A stretch of DNA of 64,000 nt from assembly GCA_963740315.1 (NCBI GenBank), contig CAVUDP010000002.1:2080001-2144000 (forward strand), written 5' to 3'. Source of the stretch: an uncultured cyanobacterium. GTDB taxonomy: Bacteria > Cyanobacteriota > Cyanobacteriia > Cyanobacteriales > Nostocaceae. Both the position numbers and the translations under genes were made by a program. Positions 1 through 8,785 of the stretch are shown piece by piece; positions within the stretch are counted from its first letter, which is position 1; each line of letters starts with the position of its first letter. The notes below the pieces were generated by a model, which saw only the letters and a list, made by a program, of their open reading frames with translations, searched no databases and was not told the DNA's origin.

Positions 1-260
1 TCTTAACTAGAGCAAACTATGGTCTTGTGTTAGGTAATTTTGAAATGGATTTTAGTGATGGAGAAGTACGCTACAAAACTAGTATTTATGTAGCAGATAA
101 CGAATTAGATTTTCCAGTGATAAAAAGAATGGTTTATTCAAATTTGTTAACACTAGATAAATACTTACCCGCAATAATGAAAGTTATTTATAGTAATATA
201 TCGCCAGAAGAGGCAATCAATGAGATAGAAGAAGAGGAAGAGGAAGAAGAAGCAGCATAA
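1..260 (+). CDS. YbjN-domain protein, 3' part (5' end outside window)
   Basis: Frame is open from the window edge: LTRANYGLVLGNFEMDFSDGEVRYKTSI...YLPAIMKVIY resembles cyanobacterial YbjN-family proteins; poly-Glu tail. Confidence 0.65.
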   Translation, partial: LTRANYGLVLGNFEMDFSDGEVRYKTSIYVADNELDFPVIKRMVYSNLLTLDKYLPAIMKVIYSNISPEEAINEIEEEEEEEEAA

Positions 261-747
261 AGGTAATTAATATTACTAATTATTTATACTTTATTTTAAG
301 TAAATTAAACTAATACCTTGTAACAATATTAGCCCTAGCCCCTGCCTTTAAATCAATTCCAAGGCTTATCGATTCAACAGGGTAAATGCACTGAAAACTT
401 TATCCAGTAGTCTTTAGACTACTTTCGCTATAAGATAGGGAATTGCATTCCCCGGTTATGTTGAGAATGGTACAAGATGTTAGTTTTAATAGACTGATTC
501 CCAAACAAAACCAAACACTTCAAGACATCACCCCTCCAAGATTTTCCAACTTAGCAGCAAATGTATCGGCGTGTCGCCACCATTGAGAACCACCCATCCA
601 AGTGCGTGTAGGTAAATGTCTAGAAGGGGAAAAGGGCGGAGATGTAGAAAGGGAGCATTTTACTCCCACTACAAATGATTTAATAATTACTCAGCGATTA
701 CCAATTACCAATTACCAATCCCCATCTCCCCCTCTCCCCTCTCCCAA

Positions 748-1128
748 TTATTCTTTTTCCGCTTTATAAGTAAAGAAGTTATCCAAAGCTGCTACAGTCT
801 CGAATTTATATGAAGGTATCAGAGAATTTATTTGTAAATCTGTACTATAAACGCTAAACAGCAGATAATCCTGCTTTTTGGTAGAAGCATTAATTACCTG
901 CTTAATTTGGGGGCTGGCTGAATCGATCAACTTTGCACAGTTGAATTTGATCAAATTATCTAAAATATTCGGAGTTTTACTACAACCTTGTTCTTTCAAA
1001 TACCCGCTCAATCTTTGGGTAGCGTATTCTTCGTATTCGATTCGTGATGGATTTGTACTTGCCATTGCCACGCCTAATGCGACTAATGCGGCAGTTCCAG
1101 CATATGCAACAATACTTACAATTTTCAT
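748..1128 (-). CDS. DUF4359-like cyanobacterial protein
   Basis: N-terminal hydrophobic helix followed by TNPSRIEYEEYA...C...C...YLLFSVYSTDL pattern. Confidence 0.7.
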   Translation of the reverse strand: MKIVSIVAYAGTAALVALGVAMASTNPSRIEYEEYATQRLSGYLKEQGCSKTPNILDNLIKFNCAKLIDSASPQIKQVINASTKKQDYLLFSVYSTDLQINSLIPSYKFETVAALDNFFTYKAEKE

Positions 1129-1220
1129 TATCTGCCGATATAATAATTAACTATTTGACTATTAGACTCTAGATTATCTAAGTCCGTTCCAAAAAAATGT
1201 TTGATCGATCGTTCTAAATT

Positions 1221-1229
1221 TGCTATACT
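1221..1229 (+). promoter_or_regulatory. Putative extended -10 box (TGcTATACT) for tRNA-His
   Basis: tgctatact lies about 20 nt upstream of the tRNA 5' end. Confidence 0.4.
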
Positions 1230-1248
1230 AACTAAAGAATAAATTTAT

Positions 1249-1322
1249 GGCGATCGTAGCCAAGTGGTTAAGGCAGAGGTTTGTGGTATCTCCATTCGTG
1301 GGTTCGAGTCCCATCGGTCGCC
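1249..1322 (+). tRNA. trnH: tRNA-His (GTG)
   Basis: Cloverleaf: G-1, acceptor GCGATCG/CGGTCGC, D arm GCC-AAGTGGTTAA-GGC, anticodon stem GAGGT/ATCTC with loop TTGTGGT, T arm GTGGG-TTCGAGT-CCCAT, discriminator C pairing with G-1; CCA not encoded. Confidence 0.95.
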
Positions 1323-1328
1323 CTTTTT

Positions 1329-1360
1329 AACAGTTAACAGCGAGTCGTTAACTGTTTTTT
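1329..1360 (+). terminator. Intrinsic terminator of tRNA-His
   Basis: AACAGTTAAC...GTTAACTGTT hairpin followed by a T tract. Confidence 0.6.
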
Positions 1361-1364
1361 GCAT

Positions 1365-1386
1365 AAAAAACGGGCAAGATGCCCGT
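1365..1386 (-). terminator. Intrinsic terminator of module 1 (GNGNW gene B1)
   Basis: Minus strand ACGGGC-ATCTT-GCCCGT followed by a T tract; homologous to 6373-6397. Confidence 0.55.
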
Positions 1387-1406
1387 AGTATCACAAGATT
1401 GATTAT

Positions 1407-1554
1407 GTACTTAGACAAAATTAATTGTATATTTGTCATTGCGAGTGGAACGGAGCGAAACGAAGCATTCACCCGTAGGGTGCGGTTCATCACAACACTC
1501 TGAGATTGCTTTACTGTCGCTCGCAATGACACAATTATTTTTGTCCACCTACTT
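1407..1554. mobile_element. MITE-like palindromic dispersed element (about 150 bp)
   Basis: Internal inverted repeat GTCATTGCGAG...CTCGCAATGAC; a close reverse-complement copy lies at 61048-61175. Confidence 0.6.
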
Positions 1555-1574
1555 ATTCCTACTCTTCTTTTTCT

Positions 1575-3224
1575 TCAACTAGAAAGAAAACTCATGTCAG
1601 TGCCAGAAGAAAGGAACTGCTGATTATAAGTATTCATCGCTGATTCTCCCAAATCTTCTGTTAAAGGCATAAACATTTCAGCCATTTTGCCCAACATCGA
1701 ATCTACTAGAGTATCGGTGGCGTTTTTAACTCCCACACCATAGGTCATTGTTGCATTGAAGTCGTCCATAAATTTGTCAGCACCAGCAGCTGATTTATCG
1801 ATCGCCACGGACCAGTTACCATTACCAATCACAATACTGTTATCAGTGTATACCCAGTTACCGTTACCAATTACGGTATTATTGTTACCGAAGTTAAAGT
1901 TACCGTTACCAATAGTTGAGTTATTATCTCCAAACGACCAGTTACCGTTACCAAGAGTTGAGTTATCGTCACTATCTTCCCAATACCAGTTACCGTTACC
2001 AAGAGTGTTGTTATTGTTACTAAAATCTAAATGCCAGTTACCATTACCAACGGTTGAGTTGTTAGTAGCACCATCCCAATTCCAGTTACCGTTACCAATA
2101 GTAGCGTTGGTGTCTCCGTAGTCTCGGTTAGCGTTACCGATAACGGCGTTGTCTTTACCATCATCAATGTTGCCGTTACCGAGAGGAATTTCGCCTTCAG
2201 GAGTATTAAACACGCTTTCGGTACCGTTGAAGGGTAAAAGTCCATCAAGGGCAGCTTCAATAATATCTAGATTTTCTGCCATCTCGCCATCCGCAAATGG
2301 GTTCTCTTCGCTACCAAACGGGCTATCTTCACCCATCAATTGCTCGAAAGAGTTGCCACTATTGCTGAACATATCATTTCGGAACAGCGTCAATAAGTCA
2401 TCAGATGTTTTTAGCGGCGTTTCGTTACCCATCGCAAACCCTGGATAGGTAGCATCAGAAGCAAATCTTGTCAGAGTATCGTAGACTTTCCTCAAAGTTT
2501 CTGAGGGTGATGAAGAAGGCATACCGCCATCTTGGCTACCTTCAGCGCCGCCATTCATGGATGATAAGCGATCGCCAAACATGAAACTCGTGACATCAAA
2601 GGATGATTGCTCAGACATACTGTCTTCCTCCGCAACCGAATCCTCTCCACCTGCAAATGGGTTATTTCCGCCACCAGCACCACTTGCAAATGGATTACTT
2701 CCGCCGCCAGCACCACCAGCAAATGGGTTATTACTTTCATCAGAAGTTGTGTCATCTTTAGCAGAATCGTCACCACCAGCCACAACTTTTTCAGCTTCAG
2801 AAAATTCTACTTCTTCATAAGCTGGGGGCAAAGGATATTTACCTTCACCGAATGGGTTTTTACCATCAGAAAATGGGTTTTCCTTATCTGACTTACTATC
2901 AGTTTCATCCAAAGGAAATTTTTCGCGCAGTTTGTCGAATACAGAGTCAACTTTATTGAAGAGATCCGTTTTTGCCTGTGATGTAAATTCCTCGTAAGTG
3001 GTGTCATCACCCATTATGGATAGATCGTTACCGATGATTAAACCTTCATCAACGGCATCGGTGCTACTACTAAATTCCCAATTCCAATTGTCACTGGACT
3101 CAGACTCATTTTGCTCGCCAACCCAAACATCATTATCTTCAGGTATAGAATCACTACCGTCTAATGCGTTATAGGCAACAACGTCATCAGTTTTATTCAT
3201 CGAGTTGAGATCGGAATTTTCCAT
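1575..3224 (-). CDS. Acidic NPF-motif protein with C-terminal GNGNW repeat domain (B1), function unknown
   Basis: 549-aa ORF; paralog of 6596-8563 (shared TSQAK..D...FDKLR, LLTLFRNDMFS, ALDGLLPFNG, SAMNTYNQQFLSS). Confidence 0.85.
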   Translation of the reverse strand: MENSDLNSMNKTDDVVAYNALDGSDSIPEDNDVWVGEQNESESSDNWNWEFSSSTDAVDEGLIIGNDLSIMGDDTTYEEFTSQAKTDLFNKVDSVFDKLREKFPLDETDSKSDKENPFSDGKNPFGEGKYPLPPAYEEVEFSEAEKVVAGGDDSAKDDTTSDESNNPFAGGAGGGSNPFASGAGGGNNPFAGGEDSVAEEDSMSEQSSFDVTSFMFGDRLSSMNGGAEGSQDGGMPSSSPSETLRKVYDTLTRFASDATYPGFAMGNETPLKTSDDLLTLFRNDMFSNSGNSFEQLMGEDSPFGSEENPFADGEMAENLDIIEAALDGLLPFNGTESVFNTPEGEIPLGNGNIDDGKDNAVIGNANRDYGDTNATIGNGNWNWDGATNNSTVGNGNWHLDFSNNNNTLGNGNWYWEDSDDNSTLGNGNWSFGDNNSTIGNGNFNFGNNNTVIGNGNWVYTDNSIVIGNGNWSVAIDKSAAGADKFMDDFNATMTYGVGVKNATDTLVDSMLGKMAEMFMPLTEDLGESAMNTYNQQFLSSGTDMSFLSS

Positions 3225-3346
3225 TGATTATTCTCTTAGAAATATAAATTTACTTCGATCAAAAATAAGCCGAATATTTTTGAATAATGTAAAGACGTAG
3301 CAGTGCTACGTCTCCATCGCTCAATCTAGAAATACTCCTGCCTTAT

Positions 3347-4732
3347 TTAAACTGCGGAAGTATCTTCAACAGCAAATATTTCGGTTATTTCGCTAAAAGG
3401 ATTGTCTTCACCAGCAAACGGATTACCTTCACTAAACGGATTACCGCTACCAGCTGTAAAGTCAACGTCCGAAAATGTTTCTATGAAAGCTTCAGCATTA
3501 GATGCACTAAGTTTCTCGAAACTAGAAGCTAAATCAGAAAACTCGCTGAGATTGCTAATTGGACTGTCTTCAGACAATTCAATATCGGATTCAGAAAGAG
3601 TATTCAAGAAGTTGGTAAACGGTGCCAATTCATCCCCTTCAGAATCTGTATCTGTACTAGCTTCAAGCTCATTGAATAAGTTACTAAAGCTTTCGTACTG
3701 AGCCTTGCCAGCTTCAATGTTATCTGAGAAAGATTCTGATAGCTTGTCGAAATCCGCAAATAGATTGTCACTATCTGAATCGGCATCTTTGACATCACCA
3801 AAGGAGTTATCGCCACCCATCATAGGGTTATCTTTATCATCCGAATCATCTTTATCGGATTGATCGCCACCCATCATAGGGTTATCTTTATCATCCGAAT
3901 CATCTTTATCGGATTGATCGCCACCCATCATAGGGTTATCTTTATCATCCGAATCATCTTTATCGGATTGATCGCCACCCATCATAGGGTTGTCTTTATC
4001 ATCCGAATCATCTTTATCGGATTGATCGCCACCCATCATAGGGTTATCTTTATCATCCGAATCATCTTTGTCGGATTGATCGCCACCCATCATAGGGTTA
4101 TCTTTATCATCCGAATCATCTTTGTCGGAGTTATCGCCACCGCCAATTGGGTCGTATTCAAATGGGTTGCCGCCGAATGGGTTTCCACCACCTTGTTCGC
4201 TAGCACCACCGCCGCTAGGACCACCAGCACCACCACTAGGTGGTTGAGAAAACGGGTTGAGATTTCCTGGTTGCTTACCTTCCTTAAAATCGTCGCTCTT
4301 AAAATAATTATCAAGGTTCACTCTTAGCTGCGCGAAGGGTGACATGGCACCGCCTCCACCCATTGGTGATTCGCCACCTTCAGCATCGCCCTTCTCATCT
4401 TCAGCATCCGGTTGACCGCCACCGAAGCCGCCTTGACCGCCGCCGAAGCCGCCTTGACCGCCACCGAAGCCGCCTTGACCGCCACCGAAGCCACCTTGAC
4501 CGCCACCGAAGCCGCCTTGACCGCCACCGAAGCCGCCTTGACCGCCACCGAAGCCGCCTTGACCGCCGCCGAAGCCACCTTGACCGCCACCGAAGCCGCC
4601 TTGACCGCCACCGAAGCCGCCTTGACCGCCGCCGAAGCCACCTTGACCGCCGCCGAAGCCACCTTGACCGCCGGAGGGCATACCGCTATCAGCTGGTTTG
4701 CCAGTAGCGTTTTGATTAGTATCTTCTGCCAT
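3347..4732 (-). CDS. Gly/Asp-rich low-complexity repeat protein (A1, MAEDTN start), function unknown
   Basis: 461-aa ORF with SD-like GAGGA upstream; (GGQGGFG)x12 and (GGDQSDKDDSDDKDNPMM)x6; repeat variation is mostly synonymous; N-terminus shared with 8786-9703. Confidence 0.85.
   Translation of the reverse strand: MAEDTNQNATGKPADSGMPSGGQGGFGGGQGGFGGGQGGFGGGQGGFGGGQGGFGGGQGGFGGGQGGFGGGQGGFGGGQGGFGGGQGGFGGGQGGFGGGQGGFGGGQPDAEDEKGDAEGGESPMGGGGAMSPFAQLRVNLDNYFKSDDFKEGKQPGNLNPFSQPPSGGAGGPSGGGASEQGGGNPFGGNPFEYDPIGGGDNSDKDDSDDKDNPMMGGDQSDKDDSDDKDNPMMGGDQSDKDDSDDKDNPMMGGDQSDKDDSDDKDNPMMGGDQSDKDDSDDKDNPMMGGDQSDKDDSDDKDNPMMGGDNSFGDVKDADSDSDNLFADFDKLSESFSDNIEAGKAQYESFSNLFNELEASTDTDSEGDELAPFTNFLNTLSESDIELSEDSPISNLSEFSDLASSFEKLSASNAEAFIETFSDVDFTAGSGNPFSEGNPFAGEDNPFSEITEIFAVEDTSAV
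3809..4132 (-). repeat. 54-bp coding tandem repeat, 6 copies
   Basis: Units start at 3809, 3863, 3917, 3971, 4025 and 4079. Confidence 0.9.
4412..4672 (-). repeat. 21-bp coding tandem repeat, 12 copies (GGQGGFG)
   Basis: ttgaccgcc[ag]ccgaagcc[ag]cc recurs with a 21-bp period. Confidence 0.9.
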
Positions 4733-5653
4733 TTTTTAGAAATCCTCTAAATTTAGGAACAAAAATTTGCTCTTTTTAACACGCATCAAGAAAAAATAAA
4801 TTCAAGTACTTGATGCTTTTTATATACAACTGTCTATCGTCAACCATCACGATAGAGCTATCTAATCTAATTTTGTTCGCGAAAAAAATCTTTGTGCGTC
4901 TGCTTATAGTCGTTAAATGGAAATGCGATCGCAATTACCGTAACTTCCTTAAATTATTTCTACAGACAAAACCAATTTAAGCCTTTTTCGTTTAACTTGA
5001 TATGAGATTTTTTTTGCTTAATTTATCAATTCTTTAGAAATCATATTTACAATATCAACTATTAATTCTAAATAGATGAAAATTTATCTAACTCTATTAG
5101 CTTGTATTATTTGATGAGACTAATACATCAGTTATAAGTCGCGATCGAGTCAATAACTATCTACAAAATCTCTATCAGATAAGCATTACAGCCAACTTTG
5201 ACTACATTCAAATAAATATTACCGATATTATTATTATAATTTTGAGGTGTATTTTCTGTATTACAAAAATATATATACTAACAGCTTATTACTTGTTTTT
5301 CTTTTTTTTTATACAGTAAACTTGCCGACATTAGATGTTTGTGGAAATAATATCTTTTTTAATTTTTTGAGACAATTAACTAACCACAGAATGATTGACT
5401 TTTGTCTGATTTTATTCTATAACTCTAAAATTATTTTTTTGCTGTTATATTTAATCTTTAGTTAATCTAACTAGAGACAGATTAATTTAATTAGTATCGA
5501 TATGAAAATCTTAAATTTTATTATCAATATTAGTAACTAAAATAAGGCACAAGCTGATTTCAAATAGCTGTAATGATTCCCAATTCACTTGCTTCCCGCG
5601 CAGTAGGTAGTGAGTGTAGCGCATTCTCTGTGCGTTCTTAACAAATATCCTCA

Positions 5654-6315
5654 ACTAGTAGTCTGTGCCATTAGTTTTAAGGAGTAATAAAACTGGAGTA
5701 GTAAAGGCTGTACTCCCTTCCATGCAAGGTAACAAATCATCACTACGAATCCATGAAAATTAATGGGACAGACCATTCATTAGTAGTCGATTGCATAATT
5801 TTTGATGGGTAATAAAGGTTCGTAGTAAGAGTTTTAACTCTCCGGATTTAGGGAACCGATGCCTAAAAGTTATAGGGGTTTACAGTAGCGCCGTACTCGC
5901 CTCATATTAAGCAATCCGGAGGGAAGACAGCCCTTACTACGAACCCCTCATAATTAATGTGGCTCCGTACTAGTAGTCTATTGCATTAAATTTGACGGGT
6001 TCGACGTGCCGATTTTAGTACTAAATCCGGAGGCGAGTACAGCACTTACTACGAACCTTTATTACCCATCAGAATTAATAGGACAAAGTACTAGTAGTCA
6101 ACCACATAAGTTATGAGGGGTAACACATTCGTAGTGCGAGCAAGATGCTCGCACTACGTAAACCCCTTAAAATTAATGTGGCTCCGTACTAGTAGTCCTT
6201 TTCATTAGTTTTGATAGGTTTGTAGTAAGGGCATCGGTTCCCTAAATCCGGAGAGTTAAAACTCTTACTACGAACCTTTATTACCCATCAGAATTAATAG
6301 GACAAAGTACTAGTA
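5654..6315. mobile_element. Stack of five related palindromic MITE-like units joined at (TA)CTAGTA junctions
   Basis: Junctions near 5655, 5781, 5970, 6091, 6189 and 6310; units share TTCGTAGTAAG/CTTACTACGAA arms; a solo copy lies at 45131-45256. Confidence 0.6.
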
Positions 6316-6372
6316 TTATTTATGAAAGCCGTCTTTTTCCCTATACTATTTCTTTTAATGTTTAATTAGCAT

Positions 6373-6397
6373 AAAAAAAACGGGCTGTTAAACCCGT
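6373..6397 (-). terminator. Intrinsic terminator of module 2 (GNGNW gene B2)
   Basis: Minus strand ACGGGT...GCCCGT followed by a T tract; same flanks (gcataaaaaa/cccgtagt) as 1365-1386. Confidence 0.55.
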
Positions 6398-6595
6398 AGT
6401 GCAAGATTTATATTTTCCATAAATCTAAAACAGTAATTAATATTGCTCTCACTTCTTTCTCTACGCGAAAGCCTCCGACTCACATGAGGGAAACCCCCCA
6501 AAGAACACACTTAATGTCGCTATCGGGACAAGCAAAGACGCACTTCGTGAACGCTAACGCTGCGTCTAGAAGGGTTTTTTATTCTATTCTTTCAA

Positions 6596-8563
6596 TTAAG
6601 TAGAAAGAAAACTCATTCCACTATCAGACGAAAGAAACTGCTGATTATAAGTATTCATTGCTGATTCATCAAATTCTTCAGTTAATGGTTGGAAAATTTC
6701 GCCCATTTTATTCATCACTGAATCAACAAGCATATCGGCACTGCCCTTAAGCCCAATTCCCATTGCTATAGTTTCTAATTCACCTAATAAATCATCACCA
6801 ATTGTAGCTGATTTATCAATTACAACCGACCAATTACCGTTACCAATGACGATACTATTATCGGTATAAACTCGGTTTCCGTTTCCGATTACTGTATTAT
6901 TGTTACCGAAATCCCAGTTACCGTTACCAATGGTTGTATTGTTATCTCCAAACAGCCAATTACCATTACCTAAAGTCGTATTGTCACTGCTAGAATCCCA
7001 ATACCAGTTACCGTTACCGACGGTTTTATTATCAGCAGTAAAGTCTAAGTGCCAGTTACCATTACCAACGGTTGAGTTGTGAACAGTGTCATCCCAATTC
7101 CAGTTGCCATTACCAATAGTTGCATTTAAATTACCGTAATTCCAATTGGCATTACCGATAACTGCATTATCACAACCAAAGTCTTGATTTCCGTTACCAA
7201 TCGGAATCTCCCCTTCAGGTGTACTAAATACATTTTCGGAACCATTGAATGGCAATAAACCATCCAAAGCAACATTTAAAATATCAAATGGAATTTCTTC
7301 AGCTAGTGTACCTTCACCAAAAGGATTATATTCACCGCTAGAAAAAGGATTATCATCACCAACTAATCCTTGAAAAGAGTTAGCGGAATTATTGAAGCTG
7401 AACATATCATTACGAAACAGCGTCAATAAATCATTTGGTGTTTGTAAAGGTGTATCGTTACCATCACCAAAACTACCTAAATTAAGTTTCGCGTTAAATA
7501 TTAAAAGACTATTTCTGACAGCTTTTAAAGTTTCGTTGGTTGACTGACTGGGTATGGTGCTATAACTATCATCACCTTCACTAGCGTTTAAGAATGGTAA
7601 ATCTTCACCAAAAATCATCCCCAACATATCAAAGGATGGTGAAGATCCATTATCATTTTCTGCAATAGGATTTCCACCTTCACCACCACCAGCGAAAGGA
7701 TTTCCACCTTCACCACCACCAGCGAAAGGATTTCCACCACCTTCTCCACCAGCGAAAGGATTTCCACCTTCACCACCACCAGCGAAAGGATTTCCACCAC
7801 CTTCTCCACCAGCGAAAGGATTTCCACCACCTTCACCACCAGCGAAAGGATTTCCACCACCTTCACCACCAGCAGCGAAAGGATTTCCACCTTCACCACC
7901 AGCAAAAGGAATTTCTGCTTGAATATCTTCCGTTGAATTTGAATCTACAACAGGAATTTCTGCTTGAATATCTTCCGTTGAATTTGAATCTACAACAGGA
8001 ATTTCTGCTTGAATATCTTCCGTTGAATTTGAATCTACAACAGGAATTTCTGCTTGAATATCTTCCGTAGGATTTGATTCTTCTACAGGAATTTCTGCTT
8101 GAATATCTTCTGTAGGATTTGATTCTTCTACAGATTTAATGTCATCGACAATATCTTGTGAAGGTAAAGGTGAATTTCCATAACCTGGTGGTGGAGTAAA
8201 TTCTCCCTCTCCGAAAGGATTTTCACCATTAGCAAAAGGATTTTCGTCTGTAAACGGATTACCTGTTGATTCTTCAACATCATTCAAAGGTAATCGATCG
8301 CGCAACTTATCAAAAAGAGAATTAATCCTTTCGTCAACATCAGCTTTTGCTTGTGAAGTCAACGATTCTTGTGTAGTTTCATCATCAACTATCCATTGTC
8401 CATTGCCGATAATAACATTACCAATATTAAGAGCGGATTTAATTCCACCTTCTAATATATTGTCACTAATAGAAAAAGAACTACTAGTACTAATTAATGA
8501 ACCTGTAAAATCAATACTTTGACCGTTATTTTGATTAATTGAATTTAATTCTGAAGGTTCCAT
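6596..8563 (-). CDS. Acidic NPF-motif protein with C-terminal GNGNW repeat domain (B2), function unknown
   Basis: 655-aa ORF, paralog of B1; extra (STEDIQAEIPVVDSN)x5 and about 8 GGNPFAGGEG repeats. Confidence 0.85.
   Translation of the reverse strand: MEPSELNSINQNNGQSIDFTGSLISTSSSFSISDNILEGGIKSALNIGNVIIGNGQWIVDDETTQESLTSQAKADVDERINSLFDKLRDRLPLNDVEESTGNPFTDENPFANGENPFGEGEFTPPPGYGNSPLPSQDIVDDIKSVEESNPTEDIQAEIPVEESNPTEDIQAEIPVVDSNSTEDIQAEIPVVDSNSTEDIQAEIPVVDSNSTEDIQAEIPFAGGEGGNPFAAGGEGGGNPFAGGEGGGNPFAGGEGGGNPFAGGGEGGNPFAGGEGGGNPFAGGGEGGNPFAGGGEGGNPIAENDNGSSPSFDMLGMIFGEDLPFLNASEGDDSYSTIPSQSTNETLKAVRNSLLIFNAKLNLGSFGDGNDTPLQTPNDLLTLFRNDMFSFNNSANSFQGLVGDDNPFSSGEYNPFGEGTLAEEIPFDILNVALDGLLPFNGSENVFSTPEGEIPIGNGNQDFGCDNAVIGNANWNYGNLNATIGNGNWNWDDTVHNSTVGNGNWHLDFTADNKTVGNGNWYWDSSSDNTTLGNGNWLFGDNNTTIGNGNWDFGNNNTVIGNGNRVYTDNSIVIGNGNWSVVIDKSATIGDDLLGELETIAMGIGLKGSADMLVDSVMNKMGEIFQPLTEEFDESAMNTYNQQFLSSDSGMSFLST
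7667..8132 (-). repeat. Coding tandem repeats: about 8 x 30 bp (GGNPFAGGEG) and 5 x 45 bp (TEDIQAEIPVVDSNS)
   Basis: Periodicity directly visible in DNA and protein. Confidence 0.85.
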
Positions 8564-8785
8564 TTATTATCATCCCTGTAAAAATAGATATTACTTTATC
8601 TCTATAAAATATAGTAATCCGATATTAGTTATAAGTATTTAAAGTTTTGAAAAATTAGATGTTTTAAAAAATCTATTTTATTCATTTTAATATTCACATG
8701 GAATGTAGAGACGTAGCAATGCTACGTCTCCACAATGCTATGAACAAAAAACTAAACTTTCACAAAATCAAAGTAGAAGGATTGA

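Noticed and set aside
520..622. Possible gene remnant on the minus strand (RHLPTRTWMGGSQWWRHADTFAAKLENLG), faintly like a GUN4-domain C-terminus
   Set aside because: Too short and based only on recollection; needs a BLASTX search
1245..1532. ORFs 1245-1532 and 1264-1503
   Set aside because: They overlap tRNA-His, terminators and a MITE-like element, so they are spurious
3860..4750. Alternative-frame and antisense ORFs over repeat genes (e.g. AVKAAS, TATEAA, HRSRLD repeats; also 8698-9465, 8850-9305 and 50972-51371)
   Set aside because: These are shadows of stop-free tandem repeats; SD sites, paralogy and synonymous variation support the frames reported
5654..6315. CRISPR array or integron cassette array
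   Set aside because: Unit lengths are irregular, the 'spacers' are related palindromes, and there are no ORF cassettes, integrase or cas genes
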